Origin: Selaginella moellendorffii
Taxonomy: Eukaryota > Plantae > Lycopodiophyta
Length of the DNA stretch: 64,000 bases
Assembly (NCBI RefSeq): GCF_000143415.4
Contig: NW_003314350.1
Coordinates: 372,001 to 436,000 of the forward strand
Direction: 5' to 3'
The stretch's first letter is position 1. Each line of letters starts with the position of its first letter. Below, one piece after another: positions 1-12,362 of the stretch. The position numbers and the translations under genes are program-made. The notes under the pieces are model-generated. The model searched no databases and was not told where the DNA came from. It saw only the letters and a program-made list of their open reading frames with translations.

Positions 1-239
1 ATATTAGTGTAATGGGGCCATTGGATTTATTTTAATCTGGACCATTATATAATCTAAGGTTTTTGGCTTAATCAGATATATACATTTTTGTATTCCATTT
101 TTATATTTTATGCATCCACATAAAAGAAAAATTTATTGCATGTTGCATACAACAACGCTTAGTTTGTTTAATTAGTGTTATTTCTATTAATTAATCTAAT
201 TGATCAAATAGAGGTTTATAATTATAAACATATTTATGA

Positions 240-431
240 TTTATAAACACAAGATTAATCTTATTAAAAATCAACCATTAGATGGCAGAATAAACTAGAA
301 TATACTAGGAAATGTTTAGAAGACTTTATAAATTATAAACATGTTTATAAATTATAAATACAAGATTAATCTAAATGAATAACTAGTATAATATTCTAGA
401 ATATCCAAGCATATTTTAAATATATTCACTT
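240..431. repeat. AT-rich dispersed repeat (MITE/TE-like), second copy inverted at ~54745-54875
   Basis: The motif ttataaatacaagattaatctaaatgaataac...attctagaatatccaag here matches the reverse complement of 54770-54845. Confidence 0.6.
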
Positions 432-830
432 CACAAGCCTGTGCATGGATCTCCATCCCTCTCTCCAGAGCCGCGGCTTTCACCACCTTTCTACTGATCT
501 CCTGGCCCTTCTCTCGCATGCCACAGCTCGAGCAGGCCTTGAGCGCCACTACGAAGCACCGCGAGTTGGGATCACACCCCTGCCTCCGCTGGATCCCCGC
601 GAAGATCTCCAGCGCGAGCTCCCCCTGCCCCTGCCGGGCATAGCCGAGCAGCAGCGACGCCCACGCCACTGCGTTGTGGCAAACCATCCGGTCAAAGACG
701 CGGTGAGGCTGCCACATCGCGCGTACATGTAGCGCGCTGGAGACGAAGAGATTCGTGCTGCTGCCGCCGTCGATCGCCTCCGCGTGGAGTGAGCCTCCTC
801 CCGCGCTCCAGCTCCACGGGGCTGCAACAC
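432..830 (-). pseudogene. PLS-class PPR gene fragment
   Basis: MYARCGSL, then a frameshift into RVFDRM..NAVAWASLLLGYARQGQGELALEIF..PNSRCFVVALKACSS, closely paralogous to the PPR at 22831. Truncated by the AT-rich repeat. Confidence 0.8.
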
Positions 831-1065
831 GATCTCAACGCCGCGAAACAGTCCGGGACCTTGCTGGGCCGCCTTCCCTCGATCGATGGAAGAAAATGCG
901 AAGAACTTGGTTGCCCTAAATTCTGGACGAATATTCCAAGCTAAGAAAAAAATTAATTTTTATTAATAATATTATTTATATTTAATTTAGGAGACATTAA
1001 AGAAAACCTTTAAAGAAATATCCTCTATAAAATGCTAAAGCCTCTCAACCCTAAACCTCAAACCG

Positions 1066-2203
1066 ATGGCGTTCTTTGGCAGGGAAAAGGAGCTGGATGC
1101 GTTATCACAGTTGGTAGGCGCCGAGCGAGTTGTGTTGGTCTTGGGCCCAAAGAACTCTGGCAAGACGGCACTTCTCCAGAAATTCCGGGCTACGAGTGAG
1201 CTCCCAATCTTTCTCCTGGACATGCGGATGGATATAGAGGACCAGGTATTGCAATGGCAGGCTGGAGTAGAAAACTTTCTAGTGCAAGGCTTAGATGCTG
1301 TGCTTAGGGAGCTGGGCTTGGCACGCAGGAAGAAAGGAAAGAAAGCCCCAGTTTTCATTCTAGATTGTGCTCACAAGATCAAAGCTCTTCCTGGAGCAGC
1401 AGAGCTTTTTAGAAATCTCTTAAGGATTGCACAGGACAAGATTGCGACGATCATCATGGCATCTTGGGACGATTCCTTGCGGGAGGATTGGATTGGGGAT
1501 AGATTTACGGAGCTTATTTATGTAGATCACTTCAGTGAAGCGCAGGCCAGGGAATTTTTTAGTGGTTTACTAGTTAGTCAAGTGAGTAGTAGCAGCGGTA
1601 GCCCGGGACATGGATGGTGGCGGCGATGGTGGAGGTGGAGTTGCGGTAATCCTCTTCCCCCTCCAGCAGCTCCACCTCGAGTTCTTTCTTTGAATGACGA
1701 AGAGTGGGGCAAGATCTATCGAGTTTGCGGCGGCTGTCCATTGCTGTTAAAGCGTTGCGCAAATCAAGTGTTCTCCGTAAACATCATGCCACTGGACAAC
1801 TCTCTTGGCACCATGGCCGCATCGGTGGCATCTCTTGTTTCTTTTGGATTGGAAGGCGACGATCAAGGGTAAGAAGCTAGATCTTCACTGTTGTTGTTTT
1901 CTGGAGCTCACAGCTTGTTTGAATTGCTTAAGGTGGGATGTCGAGATGTTTAAGCGAGTGATGGAGCTCTTGGTGGACAGGGATGGAGCCGTGGAATGGG
2001 CGACTGTTTGTAGCAAAGTGTTTGGCGGTGACGAGGGAGCTTGCAAGGCTCAGCTCAAGGCCATGGCAGCAAACGGCGTCATCCATATCAAGTGCGTGCC
2101 TAGTGAATCGATTAAGATGGTGGAGCCGATTTCTCCTCCCCATCTCCAGGCAATGAGAGACGAGCTGGAGCACTCCGGCTACGACAGTGACGACGACGAT
2201 TAA
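1066..2203 (+). CDS. Stand-alone P-loop ATPase (STAND/archaeal ATPase-like), 2 exons, intron 1869-1932
   Basis: FFGREKEL start, Walker A GPKNSGKT, degenerate Walker B FILDCAH, GGCPLLL GxP motif. A 64-nt GT-AG intron joins the two ORFs in frame (~357 aa). Confidence 0.75.
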
Positions 2204-2462
2204 GCCTGTTTTGATGTTCGGGGATCTCATGTTTCTTCGTGTATCTTTTCTTCCAGAAGTAATAAGCCACATTCTCGATTCAAAACCTTCCAGCGATTGA
2301 CAGCTTCTTCTTGACTACATTACTCGAAGAAATTCTCCACTGGTCGCTGGACAGTCACCATTCTCCTCTTTCTTTCATTTTCTTCAAAGTATGGCTGGTT
2401 GGTCCAGCCAACGAAAGCCTCGACCACTCCTAGAACCAAAGAAGAAAGCTATTCTATATGAT

Positions 2463-4148
2463 CTACTCTTCCTTGTCTCTCTCCAACTTCTTCACAGATT
2501 CCAGGAGGAGCTGGTTCCACATATCCACAGGCCCCGGCAAGCACCAATGCAAGCAATCGTTTTGGACGTGGCGGCCGGGCTCTTTCGCGTACGGCTGGTA
2601 TATCCTGTATGGCCCGGGGTGGCCGTCGGGCCGGAGGTAGGCGCTGTACGTCACGTCCAGCACCCGGAGCCTGGAGCCGTTGGATGGGTCAAACTTCCGG
2701 GCCTCGTCGCGCTGCACACGGTTGAGATTGCTCGGCAGCCACGGCAGCTCCAACTCACCGCCGCCGCCGTGTACGGCATCGCGTACGGAATGTGTCGGCC
2801 GCGTACGGTTGCACTTCCCCCCGGTGCTCCACGTCCCGTGCTCGAAGTGCTCCGGCGAGGCCGTACGGAGGAACGTGGTCCCATTGTAGCCGTCCAGCGT
2901 GGCGATGGCGCGGAGGGACGTACGGAATGCGAGCTCCATCGCCGTCAGGAAATGTACGTCGGTGTAGTTCTCGCGGGAGTACTCGTTGCAGCCGAAGATG
3001 GTGTTGTTGATCGAGTAGAGACTTGGGCGGAAGAACCACTGGGACGCGGACATGACCGCGAAATCGTAGCTCGCGAGCGATGGCCACCATGCCGGGTGTG
3101 GGACGTCTAAGTGGAGATTGAAGAGGAGTGGATCGTCGCGAACCTTGACGTGCTTGACAAGGAATGGCGACCAGACGATGGCGAGCGTAAAGTTGTAGGA
3201 TTGGAAGCCCCATTTCACGTCCTTGTCCTCTCGTGAGTACACCTTGTCGGGTCTCTCCACCTTTTTTATGTGACCACATTGAAAAATTTCGATCAACTTC
3301 TAGTAAATCTTTCCCATGGCTCGTAAGAATCGAGATTCGAGGAACTCACCTGGGAGAGGGAGCAAAGGAGCGATTGCATGTGGTTCCTGGCGAGCGAGTC
3401 TCCGAAGAAGAGCATACTTTTGCCCCGCATGAGCTCGAGAAAGGTGGCGGGGTCGAATCGCGGGAGGTCGCAGTTGTGAGGTCGCCATCGCCAATGCAGG
3501 TAGCCCGTGTCGGGCTTGCCGTTTCTGAGGCAATTCTGGAGGAGCTGGATGTGATCGCAGGTGGAATTCGTGTAAAGAGGTGGTGTAGAATCGAAAATCC
3601 ACTCGCCCTTGCTCAAATCGCAGCTTTCTATAGCACTTCCCCTGTTTTTAGTACCTGGAAAGGTTTTCCCAATTCAAATTACCTGAATTCGAGGGAGTAT
3701 CTTGTTGTTGGGTGTCGAGATCGCTGCCTGGCAATGCGGGGAACTGGTGAATCTCGTCGGAAATCGAGGAGTTTTGGAGATCTGGGAGAATTGGAGCTCC
3801 AACGGGCGCAGAGAGCTGGGAATTCTCGCTGCCACGGACAAAGACAAAGTAAATGAAGCAGCTGTTGAGCAAGACGAGGGGCAACAGCGCAATTGGGAGC
3901 CAGAATCGGATGTTCTTGTTGTTGGAGTAGAACTTGTGATGCCACAAGAGGCTTCCAATCTCCGAGGAGATCGATTGAGCAGAAGAATTGTTGCTGGTGG
4001 CCTTTGCAGGGGGTGAATCCCCAAATCCCTGGAGCAGCACTGTCATCTTGGATTCAAACACAAATCTTGGAGACTGAGCAGCAGCAGCAGCAGCAGCAGT
4101 ATGATCATGATCGTGAGCAGAGGAATTGGAATTGAGCCTCTTGAGCAT
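2463..4148 (-). CDS. Trichome birefringence-like (TBL/PC-esterase) polysaccharide O-acetyltransferase, 3 exons
   Basis: N-terminal TM helix, CDLSKGEW, GDSLARNH and DCLHWCLPG motifs. Introns at about 3628-3682 and 3261-3349. Start could alternatively be the Met near 4046. Confidence 0.93.
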
Positions 4149-6600
4149 TGGAAGAAATGCGAGCTCCACCAATGTGAAGGCCTAGAGAAGGAGAAACAAG
4201 AGAGAAAGAAGAAGGCCAAGCAACCACAACTTGTGGTGACATGATTCTCTTGCAGAGGTGTGTTAGATGCTGCATTGCAATCAAGTAATAGCGCCACTAT
4301 ACTTCCTTGCAAACTGAGGCATACTGTGGCATGTAGGCTAATAAAATTTTGGATTTTGGTGAGTGAAGAGGAGAAGGCCCTATAGTCAGTCAGTCACTTA
4401 CTTTGTAAACAAGCACACTGCTATAGCCTGCTATACCTCTGCTTCAAGTCATCATACACACAGGGAAATTGGTTGGGGTTGTGAAAGTGATGCTTGGAGA
4501 AATCCCTTGCACAAGGAAAAAAGAGGGAAAAAAAGAAGAAAATACACTCCACAATGACTCTAAGTGCAAGCATGTATAGACAAATTTTCAAAATGGTAGG
4601 ACTTGGACAACACACCTGCTGTTTCTTCCATACTCTGCTTTAGAAGAGAGAGAGAGATACCAAAGGGAGAGGGCCATGTTGGGTCATACATACAAGCTGC
4701 ACTACCTAACCCCACCTAGCAAGAGAAGACACCGTGTCTCTATCATACGATTAATATTAGAAATTATAAAACATTAGATAATTTGCAAATTACAAAACCC
4801 TTAGAAAAGGTTCATGTGTAATAATCTAATATTTCTATATGGGAATAAAACCATCTTTAGTGACTAATGGATGTCGTTGAACAGACACTTAGTGGCATCC
4901 AAGTTCTCTGCAAATACCAAATTGACATCACTTAGTTCTGCAGCATCTTCAGAAAGATCCTTTCACACTTGTATAGACTGCGTAGCCAATCAAGAGCGGA
5001 TTCTGACACTAATTTTCGGATCTCCATCCCTCGCAACATTGTCTCCACCAGGTACAGATGCCCATTCTGGGCTTAAGCTGCAACCATTGTGTTGTGTGGC
5101 ATCGGCAACCGATCACCAGCATTTGAAGATGAGGCGAGGATTGCAGTGCTTGCACTAGGCACAACCTGGACTCAATGCCTGCGAGGAATCTGGTCTCTCG
5201 GAATGTCTCGATAGGAGCTTACAATCGGCCGCATCCGGCTTGGAAGGATTAGATCTCGTTCACATTGGATTTTCATGCTCACCACTCGGACATCCTATGA
5301 ATAACTCAATCCATAGCTCATCTTGAGAATTTCAATTGTGCTAGTCATATAGTTCATCACAATTATGATCTGATGGGCATTAGCCTCAGTCAAGGCCTAT
5401 CAATCACACCCAGAGGTTTGCTATATCTAGGTCTGTGAGTTACCATGCTGCGCTGTTGTGATGATCTTTGTCTATGATCCAAAGAAGCTCATGAAACTAG
5501 CTAGGAGATCAGATCACGGTCTGTCAAGAAGGTGTTTAAGGCCATCCACTTGCTAGGTATGGTAGAAATTTCTTTACGCCGATCAAATCTGTCATGGTGC
5601 ACTACTCTCACATTGCCTTTCTTATGTCACATTCATGTATGTGTGGAAATCACAAAAGGTAAAAATATCTCTCGTTGTTTCTTCCTTGTCAAGGATGCCT
5701 AGAGCAACCACCCTACTGGCTCTTGAGGAGCTGGGTGCCCATACATCCTGCCAGCCTTGGCCATGGCAGCAACAAGGCCGTCAATGCCTATAGAAAAATA
5801 TTGCCCAATTCCCTTTGCGCACGATAGAGCTGCTATCAGGAGTGAGAGGGGGAGGAAAGGAGAAGAGAAGAGAGGGGAGGGGAGGGGGAGGAAGAGGTGT
5901 GGGAGAGAGAGAGGAGAGGGAGGGGAGAGGTAGAAGTAAAAAATCATTTTAAGTGTTTATTATAACATATTAACCACTTAGATTAATAATATCACTAGAA
6001 AAATATTTGAATTATCTCTTAAACTAATCTTAATTTTTTATTTTATCAATTGATCTCTAATCAAGTTTATTCTGATTTTAATAAAATTTATTATAATGAC
6101 ATAAGGAGTTAAAATCTCTATAACTTTTTGTGATGCTAATTGAACAGTTCAAATTTAAATTCAAAATTTTAATGAATTGAACTTAATTGAATTCAAAGAA
6201 AAAAAATTAATTTGAATTCCAAAAATATTGAATCCACCTGATGTATGTTATCATTTTTTCATTTTCCAGAGGAAGGATAGTGTAAGGTCTTTAAATACAT
6301 ACATGTATATGGTGCTAATTTTTGTAGTATAGCATATTAACTGTCTATTTCAGACTGAATCTGGTCTATCTATTTTTCTATATAAGCAAGGTTCTAAACC
6401 CAAATTAATATATTTATCCCATATCTTAAGCACTCATAATAAGAAATATTACTAAATTCATTAAGCTATATACACTAGAGTTGAAATGAAAGGATAAAAG
6501 TCTTTAGTCAACTATCTTAAATATATAAACTATTTGGCATAATGTATTTTAAAATATATCTTTATCATTAGTTAACAAGTTTAAATTAATGGTAAATATA

Positions 6601-7494
6601 TCATTTTACACAATTAGGATGATTTTGTGTTCCTGTAGACCACCAAACATGATTTGGTGATTTTAGTGAATAAATTACAAGATTACAGTCATCTTGTATT
6701 GTCATGAATGTAAGAAATAAACAATAAGGTTGATTAATGCAATATTTATCACTAGACCAAATTACTGTTTTAAATTTTGAATTTAATACAAGATTACCAT
6801 CATTTTGTAAAGTAAGTTCACAAAATCCAATATATGTTTTTATAACTCTAGATATCCACACAAGTTTTTGACCAGAATATAATACAAGTTTACAGTTTGT
6901 TGATATAAAAAGTATATTTTTCCCATTTGGAGATATTAAATATTCAGAAGTTCTTAAGCTATGCTTATAAAAACCTGAAATTAATGTACTTTTTGTAGTA
7001 TCACAAGTTTTAGGATCTTTATAAGAAATGGTATGTAAAGATTTTGAACTGTAAATATCATCAGTAATATTCCCCCAATAATATATAGCATATGCAATTC
7101 TATAGTTTAAAGATTTAATATCACACATACTAGAGCGTGCTTTTAGCATTGCATCAGTATAAATATTTCTTAATGACCGAAATCCACTTCTAAGTGCACG
7201 ACCATTAACTGTATATTCAAATTTATCCTTACCAAATAAACAATTTGGAGGATTTGCTTCCATACGATTTATCATTAAAAGAGCAGCTCCTCTACCAAAA
7301 TTAACAGACATCCAATTGTCATAAGTAGAAGAATAATCAGGAAATGAATTATTAATTTGTGCTTCAAGTACTCTAAATCCATGTTCAATAATTATATCAA
7401 CTTCATCTTGAAGTAATGTGTAATTATCTCCCCAAATTATTGCACTTGAAACCATATCTACAAAAAATAGGATTATAAATGCTAAAAATAACAT
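6601..7494 (-). CDS. Secreted protein: unknown N-terminal domain plus bulb-type (GNA) mannose-binding lectin domain
   Basis: Signal-peptide-like N-terminus; LQNDGNLVL and IQDDCNLVIY (QxDxNxVxY-type) motifs; intronless 297-aa ORF in very AT-rich DNA. Confidence 0.75.
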   Translation of the reverse strand: MLFLAFIILFFVDMVSSAIIWGDNYTLLQDEVDIIIEHGFRVLEAQINNSFPDYSSTYDNWMSVNFGRGAALLMINRMEANPPNCLFGKDKFEYTVNGRALRSGFRSLRNIYTDAMLKARSSMCDIKSLNYRIAYAIYYWGNITDDIYSSKSLHTISYKDPKTCDTTKSTLISGFYKHSLRTSEYLISPNGKNILFISTNCKLVLYSGQKLVWISRVIKTYIGFCELTLQNDGNLVLNSKFKTVIWSSDKYCINQPYCLFLTFMTIQDDCNLVIYSLKSPNHVWWSTGTQNHPNCVK

Positions 7495-10096
7495 ATTTAA
7501 GATTTCTAAATAAAATTATTTTATAGTGGTCTTAATTATTTTCTTTTAGTAATAGTATCTCTCTTTTAAAAATATTATCTTTTGTTTAAAGTTGTATATA
7601 CATTTGTAGACACATTGTATGTACTATGTTAAATTTAATATTGACTATTTTTTATGCAAGCAACAGTAACCAAGACTCTTCCTAGGTCATGTGTGACACA
7701 CAGATCTACTGAATATCTCAAGATACCTGCGACACCTCCTTGATCATGCCAAGTACTGCCCATCAGACTCTACTGTGAATATTCTCTTTTGACCTTTACT
7801 AAAGAAAAAATGTGTAATATTCTCCACCTTAAAATATCAAACTCTGCAGCCTTGGAAAGCTTCTTGATAAACTCTTTATTGCTGCACAATTGAAAGGTAC
7901 TCATCTTCAAAAGTGAAAACAATTGATTGCTTCAGATTTGAGTTGGCTACAAATGTTTTGCAAGATTAGTCTTGGCCATCCATATTGGTTGTAAAACTGG
8001 ACATCCAAGGCATTGCTATTCAGCTGCAGTGCCAAGTGGAACTTTCACTGTACTCCTCTTGTGTGTTACAAAATTCAAGACAACTAATGAGGAATTCAAT
8101 TTCCAATGCTTTTGCAGCAAATTCTTCGTGTAGTTTGGTCACTTGTAAAGCCATGCAGTCTTAACACTCCCAGCTGCAAACTCACTGCCACTGGGTCCAA
8201 GCATGGCTGTGTTCCAGACACCACTTACCTAACCCAGTTCAATTTTGCCAGGGAGCTTGATGAACTTGGAATATGAGCCCATAATTATTTCTCTTCCTCT
8301 TTCCTTTAGTCCTTGAAAGATTTCGTTAGCTTTGTCACAGCTTCACTCACAAACTCGAGCCACAGTTTTGGTCAATCCATTACTCCTGCTGCTATTGCAT
8401 CACTCTTCTTTTTAAGAGAGACCAGACCACCTTTTCATCCATCCTTGAGCATTTGCTTCCCTAGAGAGCTTTGGTAATGCTTGTCATCTACTCCATCTGT
8501 AAGAGACCTCCCTCTAAAGTTTGGAGCCTGGATTCTCGATCAAGACTTGGTTGTGGTTGCTTGTCGATGTGTTCTTTGTTGATCTGTTTGTGTATCCTTG
8601 TGGACCAGCAAACTGGAGCTTGTTGTCAAGGGCTAGAGTGTGCTCTAATCGGAGACAAAATCAAAATCATGGGTTTTTCTTTTGTTTTAGACTAAATGTG
8701 ATTAATTAGTGGGGGATTAGTAATAATCCTAGGGCTATGACCCTTTGTGAGGGGGGAGATGAAATACAAAAGAATGCTTGATAAAAAGTAAAGAGAAAGT
8801 AGTAGTGTGATAGAGAACAATGATGGCATTGTTGAAGAAGCCAGCGCTAAGGAGGACGAACCTCCAGACAGCCATGGTGACAATTAGCATCGGAGCGTGA
8901 GGAGGTTCAAGTCCCTAGGCAGCAATGGTTTCTCCATGCTTGCTCATCTTGGTATTCGTGGAGTTCCCCTCCACACTTGTTTGCTATCCTTACATCACTG
9001 AACACCTCTTTGCAAACTCCCCTTGCGAACTTAATCCTGTCTCATCTAGATGCAGCAAGACAAGCCATCATGGCCTTCTTCTCGCAAGCTTCTCAGTCTT
9101 CTGTGCTATATTTAAAATTTGGGACAAATGCTTTCACCAGGGGGAGTGGTAAGCCTTTGAGGCAGTGATTGAACAACCCTTCATAGTAGCAGCCTAGAAA
9201 AAACAAAGTGAGTAGGTGCTCCTATGCAATTTCTAATGCTTATGTACCTTGCATTGTGAAGTAATTTGTTTTTCGCAGTACTGCTATGCACGGCTTCAAC
9301 TTGCCTCATCCTTGAATGCCAAAATGAATGGACCTTTTGAAGGATCATCATCACTTCCAGTAGGAATTGGTACCGTAACACTGGAAGGACCGGCTCAAAT
9401 GCAATCATTGTTGCTGAGTGTGATAAGTCTGTGCTGTGTGCACTCACTAGATCTTCCTTGGCTGCAAACAGTTTTTCATCAGGACAAGAGAAACAAAAGA
9501 AAGAAGAATAAAAATGCTGCTCCTTCAACCTGGTAAATTTAGACGATAGGCCATTGAAAATCTGTATATATTCACGCCTCAGAATCTATTAAGAACTTTC
9601 TGGAAGTTATGTGTGACGAAGATGAAGCTCCACTAGGAACACACCTTCAGACCTAAGCAGCAAGTGAATTAAGGAAAACCCTACCTTTGAGGTGATCTAA
9701 CCATCAGAATTTTATTTCTTTGTGAGTCCTTTGGTGTTGCACCATTGACGAATATTAGTTTGGTGCTAAAGATGAAAATGGTAATTCATGATAGGGTCTT
9801 TATAAAATAGTTTGAGGATATTAAATGGGTGGTGGAGTTGTAAGACAGAAATCCTTATGCCCCAAAGTAGAGTTGGAAGAGTGTCATATAGCAATGGTTG
9901 AAGCAAAAGTCCAATGAGGGTAACACATTTGGACCAAAAGCTCCAACTCGAAAAGTCAAGAGTGAGAGTGGAACTTCTAAAAAAGTGTTCAAGGAATAAG
10001 TATAAAATGATTGGTAAATGAGTCTCTAAAAAAGGATACAAGAGGGACCGATATATGGCAAGTGTCATGACACAGGGAAGTGTCGGGACTAACTCC

Positions 10097-10258
10097 AAGA
10101 TGGAGTCTGAGATGGAGTCCGAGAAAAAATCTGAGATGGAGTTTGAGATGGAGTCTGAGAAGAAGTCCTAGATAGGGACCAATACTAAGACTGAGACTAA
10201 GACCAAGACCAAGTCCGAGACCAAGACTGAGACCGAATTCGAGTCCGAGTCCAAGAAT
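10097..10258. repeat. Degenerate 6/12-bp tandem repeats (GAGATGGAGTCT and AAGACC/GAGACT units)
   Basis: Directly visible imperfect tandem units inside a decayed TE-like region. Confidence 0.65.
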
Positions 10259-11654
10259 GAAATCCCAAAGCAATTGTCTCCCAAACTAGTTTGAGCTCCA
10301 AAAAGATATAGAAGGAAGACTCTAGTGGAACTAATTTGGCCAAGAAAGGCTAATGTGACCAAAGCTTTAACTTCCTCTTCCAAATGGCTTTGAGGTGACA
10401 CTAAGGTTGTATTCATGTGGTGGGTGATGATATAACCATTGAAGAGTCTAAAGCTAGAGTGAACACAAATGAACAAGTGGGGCGACTTGGTGAAGTGTTC
10501 AAGAGTTAGCTCTAGTTCTCTTAGGAAATCGAATAGTCAATGATCCCAATCCAAGTATGGGTGGCATTACCTACTTAGATACCTAATGTGGCTTATCGGA
10601 ACCTTGCTTTAGCCATATGGCTAGAGCACTAATAGTGGAAGGTAAAGAGAGTACTCAAGTAGGGCTATAGTGTTTTGCAATGTTGTTCTAATATCTCAAA
10701 CTATAGAAAAGAAGATGAATAGTCCTCTTGTGTAATGACCAAGGATATGGTCACATGGTGAGGAAGTTCAAGAGGTCAATGAGATTTAATGGTTAGACCT
10801 TCAAGCATTCAGGCATTGACTTAGTGGTGGTGTTAGCGAACACAGTTATGGATGGAAAGGGATTTAGTGGGGATTGATGAAGGGACATTAGGAAAAAGTG
10901 TTTTTTATGTCTTTGGGCATTTTAAGGATGCTAAGGTGCAATTTTGGGATGACCACTTATTTACAAATAACCCAACCTTTAAGAGATGGGAATATGGCAT
11001 AGGTGGTTTTGAACTACCAATGAGACAAAGATAAATGGATATAGCTTTAATGGGTTGAGATGTTAATAGTACCTTTGGGGTGTTTATCATAAGATTGGAC
11101 ATATGGAGCACTTGAATTAAGTGCAAAGGCTAAGTGGCAAAGATGTTTTCTTCTTGGTAAGGATAATCTTCCTCAGCTTCAAGACCCTTGGCTTTGATAT
11201 ACTCATAGGCATTTAACATGTCACCACCTTTGCAGCCACCATCCTGGTTCCAAGTAATCATGGATCAGCATGACCATATTCAGATCAAGTTATGAAAAAT
11301 GAATTACCATGCGATCACAGTCAACCAGCTGCTCCTCCCTCAGGCTAATAAGCTCTCTAGACTTTAGAAAGTGGGCACCTTCCACTGCTCCTGTGCTGCT
11401 AAAAGTCCAGCAAGAGCCACAACTTCCCTGGAACTTTTAAATGTGAGATTTAAGATCATATAGAAAAAGGACTTAATTGGTTCTTCACAGGATACTCCCT
11501 CCAATCAAATTTTTTTTGCAAGTTATCTATTGGAAGAAGTGGAGCCTAAGTGATTAAATTTTCTATTCTATTTTAGTCACTTAACCACACATTAGACTAT
11601 TTGGAAGAGTTTTAGTCATAACCTTTACAAACAGGAGTATATGTTTCCCTGTCA

Positions 11655-12079
11655 CCGATGCCGCTTCCACCCAAGCAAGGTGGCTGCCACCATTGCAAAC
11701 TACTTGACAGTGTCTGAGGATGAGGACCAGATCGCTGCAAATCTCGTGAAAAATGGGCCTCTTTCGAGTAAGTAGCGTGTTGCTCTTTGGCAAAAGTTGA
11801 CAAGAAAATGTTGTTTCCAATGTGGTCTTTGCAGTTGCGCTCAATGCCAATTACATAATGGATTATATGGGTGGAGTAGCTTGCCCTCGCATTTGCCCGG
11901 GTGGGGACAACATGAACCATGCGGTGCTCCTTGTTGGCTATGGCATGGATGGTGATAAGCCCTACTGGATCCTCAAGAATTCTTGGAGCGAGAACTATGG
12001 TGAAGATGGATATTTTAGGTTGTGTCGAGGGTTTGGTGTCTGTGGCATGAACACCAGAGTCTCTACTGTTTCTGCATAG
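11655..12079 (+). pseudogene. 5'-truncated RD19-like papain-family cysteine protease
   Basis: CRFHPSKVAATIANY..DEDQIAANLVKNGPLS, intron 11768-11834, then IALNAN..NHAVLLVGYG..YWILKNSW. No catalytic-Cys (CGSCW) exon or prodomain visible upstream. Confidence 0.8.
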
Positions 12080-12362
12080 TGTAGTGGATCATAACAGTTT
12101 TAATTAAATTTTCATGTAGTAAAATTTTATTATTTTTAAAATTTAGAAACTCCTTGAATTATAGCAGCTTTTAGAGAAGTAACATTGGGTCTTTTCATAA
12201 AGAACTTTGCAAACAAAAAATGGAGAGTTTCAAGGAATGACTTGTCCCGACAAGCAGGTGCCAACGCAAAGAAGAGATAACCAGTTATAAATCCTCTAAA
12301 ACCCATTCCCTTTTATCACGTAAGCATTTAGGGCGTGGCAAAAGACTAGGGAGAGTGTAGCG

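Noticed and set aside
9989-10273. LG-repeat ORF
   Set aside because: It is the antisense translation of a hexamer tandem repeat.
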